From NCBI GenBank assembly GCA_964016885.1, contig OZ024743.1:344720001-344784000 (forward strand): DNA of 64,000 nt. The letters are read 5' to 3'. A program made the position numbers and the translations under genes. This DNA is from Eledone cirrhosa (Eukaryota). Within the stretch, counting starts at the first letter, position 1; every line of letters begins with the position of its first letter. Positions 1 to 14,135 of this stretch are shown piece by piece. Under the pieces are notes generated by a model, which saw only the letters and a program-made list of their open reading frames with translations, ran no database searches and was not told the origin of the DNA.

Positions 1-149
1 ATATATCATAAAACATAAAAAAAAAAATCATCCAGAATTATCTCCCCATACGGGAAGCCACTAGTTTAGTCGAGTCAGAGCACCTCGCAACAATGATAAT
101 AATTATAATGATGCTGCTGTTGGTGATGATACTACTACTACTACCAATA

Positions 150-615
150 TTATTGGTTTCTGATTTAGGAATAGAGTCAACAATTTTAGGGGAGGGGAAA
201 TCGATTATATCTACCCGAGTGCATGCTAGTACTTTATTTTTTTATCCATCCCCGTAAGGATGGAAGGCAAAGCTTACCACGGCGGGATTTGAACTCAAAC
301 CGTAAAGGGCCGTAGATCTGTGCCATAAAGCATGTTGTCCAACACTCCACCGATACTGCTAAATCATCGCCCTAACTGCTACCAATAATATTGGTTTCAG
401 ACATAAGCACAAGACTAGCAATTTTGGGGGAGGGGGAAGTCGATTAAATCGATCCAGTGCACGACTGGTACTTCATTTTCTCGACCCCGTAAGGATGAAA
501 GGCAAAGTTAACTTCGGCGGGATTTGAACTCAGATCATAAAGGTCCGTAACTCTATGCTGCAAAGCATGGCGTCTGACCCCCCCACCCCCGCACCGATAC
601 TGCCAATCCACCACA
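150..615 (-). mobile_element. Two tandem tRNA-derived SINEs (MetaSINE-like central domain)
   Basis: Reverse complement shows A-box (tggcagtatcggt), B-box (gagttcaaatccc) and the gcctttcatccttacggggtcgataaa...gtaccagt domain. Confidence 0.8.
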
Positions 616-969
616 CTTACGGTTACCAATAATATTAATAATAGTAATACAAGACTCCACACACAGACACAGACACACAAACGCACAAACACACATGAAG
701 AGACTTACGAGAATAGGTTTTAGAAATACTGTATAAGTTAAAAAGCAAAAAAATATCGTCATTCATGTGAACTTTTGTTGTAAGATAAGAATGTCATCCG
801 AATGGTTGATAAACAATTCCCACTCAAATATACTCTCTCTCTCTTTCACATACACACATAGATATATATATGTGTGTGTGTGTATATATATATATGTATA
901 TATATATATATACATACACATATATATATCTATGTGTGTGTGTGATATATTAGGTTAACGCTTGATATA

Positions 970-1015
<46 letters not shown>

Positions 1016-1034
1016 ATGTGTATGTGTGTGTGTG

Positions 1035-1147
<113 letters not shown>

Positions 1148-1276
1148 TATATCAAGCGGTAACCTAATATATTCCCTTCCATATACTGTACCGATAGTGT
1201 TGTTATTTCTGTTTAACTTTTACATGCACACACACACACACATACACACATACACACATACACATATATATATACA

Positions 1277-1354
<78 letters not shown>

Positions 1355-1449
1355 TATATATACATACATATATAAATAAATAAATATATATATATATTTA
1401 TATATATTTTTATACATACATACACACATACATACATACATACATACAT

Positions 1450-1483
<34 letters not shown>

Positions 1484-1516
1484 TACGTATTATAATTACA
1501 TATATGTATTATACAT

Positions 1517-1557
<41 letters not shown>

Positions 1558-1564
1558 CACACGT

Positions 1565-1610
<46 letters not shown>

Positions 1611-2164
1611 TAGTGCATATTTATATAAATATATACTAGTGCATATATACAATCGCAGTCACCCCGAACTTTATCATATATCAAATGAAAATTAAAATGT
1701 AAAATGCAATAAAGATCTAATAAAAAAAATATAGAGAAAAAATGTTGACATTAATTCCTAAGATATTTTTATTCAATTAATCGACAATTAATGTTCTATA
1801 CTAAATTCTACCGACCTGATTCCATTTGCTGCCAAATTTTCCAACGTGTACTCTACGACTATTACGATAGTGATCACAAATGCTTACATGTATGTAGGTG
1901 TGAGTCAGGATTTATTGAAGTAGATGACAACATCTAGAGATTTGTCTTTAGATTTCAACCCCTATAAAATTCTATTTCAATTAAGCCCTATTATGAGTTG
2001 CTGCTTACATTTTATTTCTTTATGTTATATTCGTTCTTTAAACAGTCTTTATTGTTCGTTAGTTTTCTGTGTTATGTATTACTGAAATGTGTTCTATGTT
2101 TTCTTTAGAGAAATATTTAAATTGGCAAAATTATTTTATTTTCACTATATTATTAGAACAAAAT

Positions 2165-2206
2165 ACTACTACCACCACCACCACCACCACCACCACCACC
2201 ACCACC

Positions 2207-2241
<35 letters not shown>

Positions 2242-2288
2242 AGCTGCTGCTACTACTACTACTACTACTACAGCTGCTGCTGCTGCTG

Positions 2289-2348
<60 letters not shown>

Positions 2349-2368
2349 GTAGTAGTTGTAGTAGTACT
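2165..2368. repeat. Compound trinucleotide microsatellite (CAC/TAC/TGC)
   Basis: Direct reading. Confidence 0.95.
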
Positions 2369-2451
2369 ATTAAAAATATTATCGACAATGATATAGGTAC
2401 AAAGTCAGCAACTCTAAAAGAATACCGACACCATTAATTGTTTGGAAGGAT

Positions 2452-2594
2452 AATTGTTTCTACTTTAGGCACAAGGCCAGCAATTACCCAGTGCATTACT
2501 GGTACTTTATTTTATCATCCTTACGGGGTCGATAAAATAAAGTACCAGTAATGCACTGGGTAATTGCTGGCCTTGTGCCTAAAGTAGAAACAAC
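2452..2594. mobile_element. Palindromic double SINE 3'-end insertion inside an older SINE
   Basis: 63-bp perfect inverted arms (2454-2516 / 2531-2593), 17-bp TSD TAATTGTTTGGAAGGAT at 2435-2451 and 2595-2611. Confidence 0.85.
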
Positions 2595-3455
2595 TAATTG
2601 TTTGGAAGGATGAAAGGAAAAGTTGACCACGGTGAACACAAGGAACCGTAACTAGATACCCAAACTATTTTGGTGAATATTCCACCGATTCTGTCAATCT
2701 ACCGCACGTGAACGATATCAAAAACAGAGTTAGGAATACTCATAATATTAGTCATAAAAGTAGTAGGTTCAATTGTCATAGTGTTAATGATAATAAATCT
2801 CTTAATTTGGCTAGAAATTTAGAGTGAGAGTTTAGTTGATTAAGGTGACATTAGTACTGATTGAAAATGCCATTACAGTATTTATACATAGTAGTATTAT
2901 TAGTTTCTTGTAGCGTGCTTGTCTACTCTTAAAAGTAATTTGTCAATGCCCTCATAGAAATGGTCGTATATCTCTCCAGTTTTGTCAGCTAGAAATGAGA
3001 TATAGAGATTATTTAGTTGCCATAATGTTCATATATTTGTGGAGAAATGGGCAGTGATGATGGCCTTCGCAGGTTTACAAAGACCGTGGATTTGATGCCA
3101 CTGATTTTCCGCTTAAACTTGCAAATCAATGTCGGTAGGAAACAAATGTAGGTAGGGCGTTGATGGGTAGTGACATTTTGAATAGTAAGCAGTGAGCCAG
3201 GTAGTTATTACGGCGCTTAGTTGGCTGGACACAACATGGGTGATGGAAGAAGGAGAGACGACTTAGTCGAGAATGCCAGAAGGAAGCTGATACTAGACCA
3301 GACTAAACCAGACACATACAAGATGGCGACTGAAAAGCTTGTTCGTTTTCAATCTTTTTTATTTTCTTTTTTGTTTGCAAGTTATAGAGCACCCCTTGTT
3401 GTTTTTCACACATAATACTGAAAAAAAATCCATTGCTTATATTTCCAAATAAAAT

Positions 3456-3795
3456 AATTGTTTCTACTTTTGGCACAAGGGCAGCAATTACCCAGTGTAT
3501 TACTGGTACTTTATTTTATCGACCCCCGTAAGGATGAAAGGCAAAGTTAACCTCGGCGGGATTTGAACTCAGAATGGCAAGAGCCGTAACTCTACGCGTC
3601 AAAGCATTTCCCCACTGGACAGGACGCCAGTCCATCGCAGGGTTAACTCCCCAGCTATTGCTGGTACTCATTTTCAACTGAGTATAGTGGAACGACGTGA
3701 AATGAAGTGTTTTGCTCAAGATCATAACACGCAACCCAGGAATCGAACCCACGACATTATGATCGTAACTCCAACACCCTTACCACGTGCCTCTA
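3456..3795 (-). mobile_element. MetaSINE-like copy adjoining a second tRNA/CORE-like SINE
   Basis: SINE consensus at 3456-3610, then ...ttgctcaag...ggaatcgaacccacg (reverse-complement B-box). A further partial copy lies at 3990-4062. Confidence 0.7.
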
Positions 3796-3808
3796 CATAT
3801 GTATAATT

Positions 3809-3876
<68 letters not shown>

Positions 3877-4679
3877 AATGAAGTGATTCAGTAGATTAGA
3901 GGTTTACTGAGGAAGGTACTAAAATCGTTAAATTTGGGCCTTGAAAACTTGGGCAGCGCCTTTGTTCCGTGTATGAACATAAATAAAGAATATCATAACA
4001 CGCAACCTAGGAATCGAACCCACGACATTATGATCGTCAGTCCACTAGACCACGTGCCTCCACTGAATATGCATGTAGCTTGCTTTAATTCTGTTTTAGT
4101 TCAGGTGGCCAATATTTGGACAATGTTTTAATGAATTTATACTTTGGACTGATGATATTGACCCAACAATAACAACAACAACAGATTTCTAGAAATCATA
4201 TTCCTGAGAAAAGGCTTAAACCAGATATGAAATGAAGAAAAGGTCAAACAATAACAAATAAAGAGAAAAGTAGACTTAATCAGTTCAATTATTGCCAAAT
4301 GTATTTTCATTCCAGTTTCACAATATTTTATTTCTTTATTCTTAAAATATATTTAAACATTTATTTTTTAATTTTATATATTTGCCTTTTAATTTGTCTT
4401 TCTCCTCTTACTATCTCACCTCACCTCTTCCTACTACTTTTATCTCCCCCACCTCGTCACCACTTTTTATCTATTCGTTTATTCTCTTCTTTCCTTCGTC
4501 TACATTCTTCTTTCCCTTCTTTCGTCTTTTCTTTTTAATTTATTTGTAAGCTGAATTTCATTTTCCTTTTGGTTTTGTTAATTCGGTTTTTCTTTTGTCT
4601 CTTTTTCTTTTCATTTCTTACATTTTTTAAATCAACATCACTATTATCGTCACCACCACCAACATTACAATCACCCCTG

Positions 4680-4692
4680 ATCATCGTCGACG

Positions 4693-4742
<50 letters not shown>

Positions 4743-4746
4743 GACG

Positions 4747-4793
<47 letters not shown>

Positions 4794-4800
4794 GTCGACG

Positions 4801-4837
<37 letters not shown>

Positions 4838-5280
4838 TGACGACGTCATCATCATCATCATCATCATCATCAATATCATCATCTCCTTCATCTTCATGAA
4901 CACCCGTCACCACCAGCACAGTGACTAGCACAAGCAGACACATCAGCACCTGCACCATCACTACCATCAACACCATCATCATGAACACCAGCCACATCAC
5001 CAGCAACACCACCAGCACCAGCAGCACCATCACCACCACCATCACCTCCACAAGCATCACTACGACCACTTCCCCCCTCCCCCCCACCACCACCATCTTT
5101 TACTCTTCCATCTCTACTACGACAGCAACGATGACCATTAATAACATCACTATCACCAGAAGCACGAACATTCACCCCCCCCCCGCAAACCTACTACTAC
5201 CACCACCACCACCACCACCACCACCACAACAACAACAAACACCAACATCACTACCACCACAACCACATCCACTACTACTG
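4680..5280. repeat. (CAT)n / (CAC)n low-complexity tract
   Basis: Direct reading, with periodic GTCGACGTC interruptions. Confidence 0.9.
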
Positions 5281-5460
5281 CACATCCTTCCCTCCCTCAG
5301 CAAGCCAACTCGTAATTAAGATTAGCGTTGCTTTAATTAGTCGTCTAAGTGAAATTAAACTCTTCGCAAAGTTGCATCTTTCTGACTCTTTCTTTAATGT
5401 ATGTTGACAGTTATTGCAAACTTTTGGCAACGGTTATATATATATATATATATATGTATG

Positions 5461-5501
<41 letters not shown>

Positions 5502-5726
5502 TCGTTCTTAGCCTCTCACATAGGGTATGTATGTGTGTGAGAGTCTGTGTGTGTATATATGAGAGACAAAGCGTGCCTGTGTTTGGACGTGTGTAAAGTT
5601 TGTATGTGTGTATTTATAGCGAATGTGCTCGTGAGTATGTCTATTCACATGTCTATGTGTTTTTGGTTGGATGCGCGTGTGCCTGTGTATATTTGTGTAA
5701 TGTCTGTATATGCGTCTGCCTGTCTA

Positions 5727-5879
<153 letters not shown>

Positions 5880-6429
5880 TTATATCCATGTAGGAGAACC
5901 CCTACCGATTCGCTGAACGAGTGTGACTTTTTAGTCCAGCCAGCGACTTGAAAACTCTGGTACAAACACTACACTTGTGACAATTATTGACACATAGTGG
6001 TTTGCTCATGGTACCATGTGACGACAAGTGCAGAGAGATCTCCAGATATAAAGCAATGCCTGTGCCGTGAAACTTTTATAGTGAGCAAAGGCACTGCACA
6101 AAGCCAGTCCCACTCTCTTAACCAAGATGATATTTACCAAAAAGAAGAACAAGTCAACATCATTGGATACCATCAGGGTTGCAGGTGTTATATCAGAGTT
6201 TTCCTACTCCTAGAATTCTGCCTTGACAAAGGCTAAGAGGTCATCTCTCCCGCTGATTTTGGATGGCCATTGACTCTTAAGAGCTCCTTTGCACTTTGAC
6301 AGGTTTTGTTTTTAGTCCTGCAGGATGTCCAAAGTCACCCTCCTCACCAAGAAACCTTGGTGGGGTTGCCATTTTGTCGCCAACGACCCGACCATCATAC
6401 ATACATACATACATACATACATACATACA

Positions 6430-6461
<32 letters not shown>

Positions 6462-6575
6462 AGCAATGAAATACCAATGAAAGTTGGAAGATCACTGATA
6501 AAGGACTAATTTTATTCATATGTAACCCATATGCAACCACGCAGCGCTCCATTTTTCTCATATATATAAATATAT

Positions 6576-6660
<85 letters not shown>

Positions 6661-7187
6661 AAAATGGAACGGGATCAAAACAGAGAGGCAGTACAAACAA
6701 AGGTTTATTAGTTTCACGCTCTTGAGAGTGATATATATATAAAGATGGTAATATGGACGAAACAAGAGCAGAACCCCTCAATCAGCTGTTAACTGCAGAT
6801 CATAGATGTTTCCGCACTTAAAACAGGACATCGAAATCGATCAGCAGCGCGCCCAAGGCCTTTTATCAATTAAAAGGCCCCGAGGGGGAGAAAAGATAAG
6901 ATAGTGAAGAGAGAGATAGAAAGAGAAAAAAGGAAAGAGGAAAAAACGAAATAAACTAACCGAATGGAGGGGGCGGGGGGACCCACAGGACAATGGCACA
7001 TGCAAGTGGTCAAGGATCTTATCTTGCCAGGTGATTCTGAGTCCAGTCCCCGTGCATAGCCCCTTAGATGTCTTCTGCTATAGACAACAGTTGACCAATG
7101 CCTTGTGATTAGAATTTGGTAGACAGAAACACTCACACACACACACACACACACATACACACTTACATACACACATATATATATATA

Positions 7188-7377
7188 ACAAAGGAAATGT
7201 GGTAAGGAATCAGATGGACCATAACGCACCAAAGTACTCAATACTTGGGGTAGTAGAGTGGGAAATAGGAAAAAGTATGACCCCCCGACGGCAGAGCTCA
7301 AGCCGTTTCGACGGCTATTTCTGGACTAGAAATAGCCGTCGAAGGGCTTGAGCTCTGCCGTTGGGGTCATACTTTTT

Positions 7378-7381
<4 letters not shown>
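7188..7381 (-). mobile_element. Fold-back mini-element (Penelope-type tail plus palindrome centred on HHR stem II), copy 1
   Basis: About 115-bp palindrome plus a one-sided tail, flanked by (TA)n. Near-identical copies at 52388 and 53417. Confidence 0.75.
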
Positions 7382-7439
<58 letters not shown>

Positions 7440-7442
<3 letters not shown>

Positions 7443-7632
7443 GCATAGTATATTTGGCAATATACCGTATGTTTAATTAAAAACAATTTGGAGACATTAC
7501 GCTATCATTTTAACTCTGCCTTCTTTCGCCGAAAAGAAGTAAGTGACATAGTCACTACTTTAATATGATAGCGTAAGGTCTTCAAAATGTTTTTAATTAA
7601 ACATACGGTATATTGCCAAATATACTATGCAT
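7440..7632. mobile_element. Fold-back / MITE-like element
   Basis: About 65-bp inverted arms TATGCATAGTATATTTGGCAATATACCGTATG... with two small internal hairpins. Confidence 0.6.
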
Positions 7633-8408
7633 ACCACTTTAGAAGGAGAATTAGAGTGGAGAGAGAGGCACTGCACCCCAGTAAATTTACTGAAAGGTAG
7701 GTGAATGTGGCAAAAATGGTCCGGGTGATTGGGCCTTCTCTGTATATAAACCTGTAGGTTGAAGAAGAGAGCAAAAGGAAGAAAGGAGCACTTGCACAAC
7801 ACGATCCTGAAGTTGAGGGTTGTTCTATCGACGGGGTATTAAACAACCCATTTGTGGTGCCTCCCTCCTATTGGGGATTTCGATTGTTATAATTGTTTGT
7901 TTTATACTTTTTACACGATTGTATGTAAAATCCCCGGCATGTCTTTGTTTTGTCCCCTTTTCTTGTGCGCCCTTGTGGCTAATAAAAAATATATATCTAT
8001 CTATGTTCCACCTTTCACTATCAATTTTGTTACCTATCTATCCATCTATATATTCGTATATCTATCTATCTGACTGTCTATCTCTCTATTTATCTTCCTC
8101 TTCATCTAGCTCTATATTTATCTGTCTATCTTCCTCACTGTCAATCTATATACTTATATATACATGTGTATAAATATCCTACTTCGTATGTATATATGTG
8201 TAAGCTCGTATGTCACTCCATATGTGTATCGAGGCTTCTTCAAATCCTCGACGTAATATTGTGCTAAAAAATATAGAAGTCGTCAAAATATTCAAGTAGA
8301 AATGCCATTGAAATCGTTAAATACGTCACAATAAGCTACAACGCTAAATCTTTCATGGCAAAGTTATGTATTACTTTATTTAGATAAACATGTTGTATGA
8401 TATTTATG

Positions 8409-8416
8409 TATTTAAA
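8409..8416 (+). promoter_or_regulatory. Possible TATA box of host gene
   Basis: TATTTAAA about 30 nt upstream of the ATG; AT-rich background makes it weak. Confidence 0.25.
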
Positions 8417-8447
8417 TCTATGTTACACATAAGAGACCCTAAATGCA

Positions 8448-8484
8448 ATGAAGAGTACTATATGTTTATGTCTTCTCATTTTAG
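8448..8484 (+). CDS. Host gene exon 1: signal peptide MKSTICLCLLIL(G)
   Basis: ATG at 8448, 12 codons plus 1 nt, consensus donor G|gtaagt. Phase 1 joins exon 2 to give MKSTICLCLLILGVALS, a typical signal peptide. Confidence 0.85.
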
Positions 8485-8819
8485 GTAAGTAGATAATATT
8501 CCCATTGCAGAAGTATTATTTTTGATTCAATCTACACTTTTTCTCATCATTGCATTTCAGCATTTATCTATCTATCTATTTATATATAACTCTAAATTTA
8601 TCCCCTCAGCGCTTCGTAAAAATCTGAGAGATCGAATATGTATACCCGATATTTGCTTAAAGCCTATGATTCAGTTACTTAATTTAAGGTGGCAAGAGTT
8701 GTCATAGTCCATTGGTTTAATGGGTCAAGACGCCTAGCCGGTATCTGGCAGACAGAAGTTTCGATTCCTCGTAGCTGCCATTGACAACTTCTTTTTCTCC
8801 GTCTTTGGGGGTCTTCACT

Positions 8820-8925
8820 CATGGTTTAGTAGTTAGAGGTTGTTATTTCGATTCTCAGATCAGGTGATGCGTTATGTCCTTGAGCAAGACACTTTATTTC
8901 ACGTTGCTCCAGTTCACTCAGATGT
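8820..8925 (+). mobile_element. tRNA/CORE-like SINE fragment
   Basis: tggtttagtagttag...ttcgattc...gtccttgagcaagacactttatttc; same family at 44673-44790 (+) and 56630-56900 (-). Confidence 0.6.
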
Positions 8926-9144
8926 TGAAAAGAGTTGCGGCATTATTGGTGCCAAGCTGTATTGGGCATTGCTTTTCTCTTGGATAGCATCGGTGGCGTG
9001 TGGAGATGAGACTGGTATGCATGAGCAACTGCTGGTCTTCCACAAGCAAATCTTGCCCATGATAGTTCCCCGGAGGAAAACTTTCTAGATGCAAAACCAT
9101 GGTCATTAGTAACCGATCCGATGGGGGTCCTTTAAATAAATAAA

Positions 9145-9934
9145 TCACCAAAAACCTGCCTAAATGCAAAAACAGAAATGTTTACCAGTTGCCCACACAT
9201 GAAATCACACTTGCTTTCCAGCTCATATAAACTTAACTCACTTTCAGATACTTATCCTCCATAAACTCTTGTTCTTCACTTTCCTTAATTTATCCTCTTT
9301 ACAGACTTCTCTTTCTGATTTACTTTTATTTTTAACTTTATATTTATTTTTATTTTTACTTCACATCCACCAGTGACCCCCCCCCCTATTTTTGATTCAC
9401 TTACCTAATATCTTCACAATTCCACATCTTACTTCCCCATTTTCTTTCACTACCTGATATCACTTGTCACTTGCGCTTTCAACTCCAGATATATTCTGTT
9501 GTTTCGCAGCCGCTTTTATATTTGTACTCATTTATTCATACAGCTGGTTTATAATTTGTATCTATGCGTGTGAGTGTGCATATTTGTGTATGCGTTCTGT
9601 ATATGTATACGAACGCCTCCGTATGTGTACGTGTGTGTGTATATATATGTGTGCGTATGTGTGTTTTTATATCTATGTTTTTTTACATACTTATATATAC
9701 GTGTGTGTGTGTGTGTATGGGTGAATGTATGTCTATATGTATGTATGTATGTATATATATATATATATATATGTATGTGTATGTATGTGTGTATATGTAT
9801 ATATATATATATATAGTCGCGTACGTACGTGTGATTAGATATACATGTGCCGATATATATATATATGTGCCTCGTGTGTAGGTATGCGCGCCTCTGTATG
9901 TATGTACGCATGTATGTGCTTTTGTCTACGTATT

Positions 9935-9965
<31 letters not shown>

Positions 9966-10729
9966 GTGTGTACAAACCTATGTTTGTTTTCTTTTTTTCT
10001 AGTGTTAATTTATAATTGATAACCCCTCCATCTTACTTTCTCTTTGATTAAAAAAAATGTTTCATTCTCATATATTGTTTCATTTTTATACATGTATCGA
10101 GCCCCAGACTGACACTCCTTTGACTAATACACTCCCTTCCCTGTATATCATTCGCATATATGTGATCGCGCGTGTGTGTGTGTTTATACGCGTGCTTTCA
10201 TACTTGTATATGTATATATTTAATACCTGAATCTGGATGTGTGTTAACTATATTATCTTACAATTTCTTTTTCAACTTATATTATATACGTATTTGTGGT
10301 CACACATACACTGATATGCTTGCCCTCATATATGTACTTACGCACACATTTTCACTATACACATGCATTTGTACATACACACATATGTACATTTGTGAGT
10401 GAATATACACACATTTATACACATACCCTAACTATATTTCCTTATTTTTTTTTATATATCTCTTGCATTACTTTTATTTATATATTTTTATTGCCCGTTA
10501 AACATTTGCCTTTCTTGAGGAGATTTTTCAAATATTTCACCATGTTTTAAATTGCCTTGTCCGATGAACGAATGAGGACGTTTTTAGTATTCGTCTTATT
10601 CGGGATACCTGTGGTAATGAGGTAATTATATTGTATTGTATATTATACATTAAATTTAGCTCTGGTACTTACATAGAGCACTCTTCACTCCTATGACTTT
10701 TTCAATTTTCAACGGAAACTTCAATACTT
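9145..10729 (+). mobile_element. 5'-truncated Naiad-type Penelope-like element (ORF end, microsatellite-rich pLTR, degenerate HHR, tail)
   Basis: From 9151 reads KTCLNAKTEMFTSCPHMKSHLL, matching TCLNSKTEIFRCCPHLKSHLI of the element at 18720-18971. Ends in (TA)n. Confidence 0.7.
10552..10625 (+). ncRNA. Degenerate type I hammerhead ribozyme
   Basis: Stem I TTGCCTTGT/ATGAGGTAA, core CCGATGA...GATAC (two core mutations), long stem II, GTA cleavage triplet. Confidence 0.6.
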
Positions 10730-10745
10730 ATATATATATATATAT

Positions 10746-11278
<533 letters not shown>

Positions 11279-11453
11279 GTGTGTATATAGGAATATGTAA
11301 TATATATAAGATACAGAGCTTAGCTTTGTTTTGAAAATTAGCTTTGTTTATAACTCCAACTATTAGGCTAATTTACTTAGTCAAAAATACGTCGGAAGCT
11401 TTATTTTCACCATCTAATACACACACACACACATATATATATACATATATATA

Positions 11454-11941
11454 TCTTAACTATAATAAAGAAAGGAGTGCGGGATTGCGTCCAGAATATA
11501 TTTTTTTACTCCGTTTGTAAAATAAGTTGGATTACTTTGAATAACTAATGAATGAATATTACATAATTTATGTGCTAAATCTCGTGGCTGTTGATTAAAT
11601 ATATTTTATAGCTTAATCTTTAAAATTCACTTCTTTAAAATTATCAAATGTCAACACTTCCGGTTAGCGGCCGTTATATTATAACACTTATAATCGCATA
11701 TATTTCCGTCGCTAATTTTCTCCTACTGCAGTTTATATATAATGTCGTCTTTTTTTAAATATATCATGGATTACTGATTACAGAAGACAGTGTAACATAA
11801 GCTTTGTTTAATTTCTGTGTATATTCTCAATTACGATTTTATTTGATGTATCATATTTACATGCATATATATTTGTGTATAATATCAATATACACTACAC
11901 ATGCTAGCAGAAAACCACCCGTGGGGTGGTTTTTCTGCTAG
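11454..11941 (+). mobile_element. Non-autonomous Helitron-like element
   Basis: A|TC start (TCTTAACTATAATAAAG), terminal hairpin 11904-11941 ending CTAG|T, no TSD. Confidence 0.65.
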
Positions 11942-12180
11942 TATATATAATGTGTAAAAATCTAACTGAAGAAGCACGTTATAAACGATTGCCGCCCACG
12001 CACACAATAAAGAATTTGTAATAAAAACATATCGTATCCTTGTCATCAATCTACGTATATATTCTAATTGATATCAAGAATGTAGACCGGATTTTACTGT
12101 TTTAATATACAGTGTAATATAAAATATTTTTGTGGTAAAATATTGAAAGTATAAACAAAACGAAAATATTAAATTTGTAG

Positions 12181-12280
12181 GTGTTGCTTTGTCGGAATTT
12201 TGCATAAACACACGACAGAAGAGATGTCCATTTGCCGCGGTATATTCACATATGGATCAAGATGTTATGGACTTCTGCAG
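12181..12280 (+). CDS. Host gene exon 2: N-half of six-Cys module 1 (VALSEFCINTRQKRCPFAAVYSHMDQDVMDFC)
   Basis: Acceptor tttgtag|, donor CAG|gtagat, 100 nt, phase 1 to 2, open frame. Paralogous to exon 4. Confidence 0.88.
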
Positions 12281-12819
12281 GTAGATATAAGTTCCTTACT
12301 GTTAATATTATTACTACATACAATATTTATACATTTATTTAATTATATAACCAGTGATACCATCAGCTGTTGAATACTAATGTTTGTAACTTTAGTATAA
12401 AACTGGAAATAGTTCATCGGACTGTAATTGATTCAATAATTTCCTGTACTTTCTGTATCGATCTTAACTAGTGAAATTAGACCGTAATATGATTTAAACA
12501 TACGCCTAACAGATAACTAAATATATAGTTGATCTCTAAGATATGCAAAAGTCCAAAAATGTCGGATTTAAGCAACAGTCAGTTAAATGTAAATCTTGCC
12601 TTGAATATTTCATAAATCTCAAACGTATAAAAGATAGTATTTTATCTAGGATTAAGCATTTTAAATATTGGAAAGCATTTTAAACATTTAGTTAGCTTAT
12701 CAAATATAGTGGAATTATATCAGTAAATATATAACACAAAATATTGCGAGCTGTGACAATAATTTAGTTTTCTAAAATGCACTTCTCTGATCAAAATAAT
12801 GTTCCCTTTCATCTTACAG

Positions 12820-12914
12820 ACGTATGACCGAATATGAACGATGTGGTGCTGTGAATAAAAGTGTGGCGTGCAACGATTTCTTCAATTTCATCTATACGTA
12901 TTATTGCCATTACG
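12820..12914 (+). CDS. Host gene exon 3: C-half of module 1 (RRMTEYERCGAVNKSVACNDFFNFIYTYYCHY)
   Basis: Acceptor tttcatcttacag|, donor G|gtaatt, 95 nt, phase 2 to 1. Contains an NKS glycosylation sequon. Confidence 0.88.
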
Positions 12915-13149
12915 GTAATTCAATCTTATTGACAGGAGCTGTGTATGAGTGAACTAAATTCCAAACAAAAATTATATTGGTCAAGTTACATTATTAGTTC
13001 ATATTCCACTATCATCGATTTTCCATTCAACTGAAATTAATGTTTGAAAAAAGAAACATGGCTTTTGCCAAATGTAACTATATATTGTTTTGAATTCAGC
13101 ACTGAAATCCTTTAATAAGGACACAATCCGGAAATGCTGTGCACCGGTC

Positions 13150-14095
13150 TTTTCCATTTATCTTTACTGCAACCCAGACATAGGATTTCGGATAACTAAT
13201 TCCCAGTAGATTTCTTGATGGTGTCCGTCCATATTCTCCTATGTATGCTTCTGCTATTTCCCAATCCACAGTTCCTTGAAGAATATTGCAAGGCTACTGG
13301 ATCTTGTTACATGGTGATACCAACCCTGTTCTTTAACCGTCGTGTGAAGGTGTTGATAATAGCCAATGTAGTGTTGGTGGGTTACATGGATCATCTGATA
13401 TGTGATGTTATCCATGTTACGAGACACTTAAAATTTCGCAGTAGCTTCTCATTTCATCTGTTTGTAACTTTCACTGAATCTATGGAGTGAGAGTTTGTCT
13501 GTCATATGCGCATAGGGATATATATTGTGACAGTGCCCGTAGGAATCTAATCCTGATCTTCGTGGATTTTGTTTCTATCGTTGCGTATTGGTTTTAGTTT
13601 GATTAGTGCAGCCAATGTATGTGCGATTCTTGAAAGGATTTCTGATGGACATTGCTCTTGATTTGCTTAAGGGAGACGTTGAAGAAAATGGAGGGAAATA
13701 AAGCAACTTTTACAAACATCTCTATCTGTATTTAACCAAACCATCTCGTAAAGTTGTTGCATAGAATGAAATTCCTTCTCCCTCCAACCAAGTTCGTCCT
13801 ATTGGCACATAATGCATGTGGCCAGAGAATTAAGCACCTTCCAGAAATATATAAAAAGACGGTATAATCCTCATTGCTACTGAATGGATTTCTATGTTTA
13901 TGGAAGCCTACATGGTCCTCGGCTATAAAATCTTGTTAGTGGTGCCCTTAATCTAATCCAAACAGCGCTGAGCGTTACCTTGCTTGCAAGGTTGAATATC
14001 CTAATGACAGGATCATTCTTGTATATATGAAGATTGCTTCATCTGCGAAGCGTTATGGCACAATAAGTCGAACATTTACCAGTCAGTAAGATCCT
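13150..14095 (-). pseudogene. Highly decayed Penelope-like element (GIY-YIG remnant)
   Basis: Minus strand reads NITYQMIHVTHQHYIGYYQHLHTTVKEQ then TVDWEIAE, resembling NVVY..C..C...YIG.T.R.L..R.KEH and IDW motifs. Confidence 0.5.
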
Positions 14096-14097
14096 TT

Positions 14098-14135
<38 letters not shown>

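Noticed and set aside
44-65. CCC-ATAC-GGG hairpin plus CTAGT as a Helitron 3' end
   Set aside because: The stem is too short and the window edge hides the rest.
6657-6860. HHR-like pieces (GAAAC with hairpins) beside (TA)n
   Set aside because: No complete core could be assembled on either strand.
8690-8780. tRNA-like sequence ending in CCA
   Set aside because: A/B-box-like motifs are present but no convincing cloverleaf; probably a decayed SINE head.
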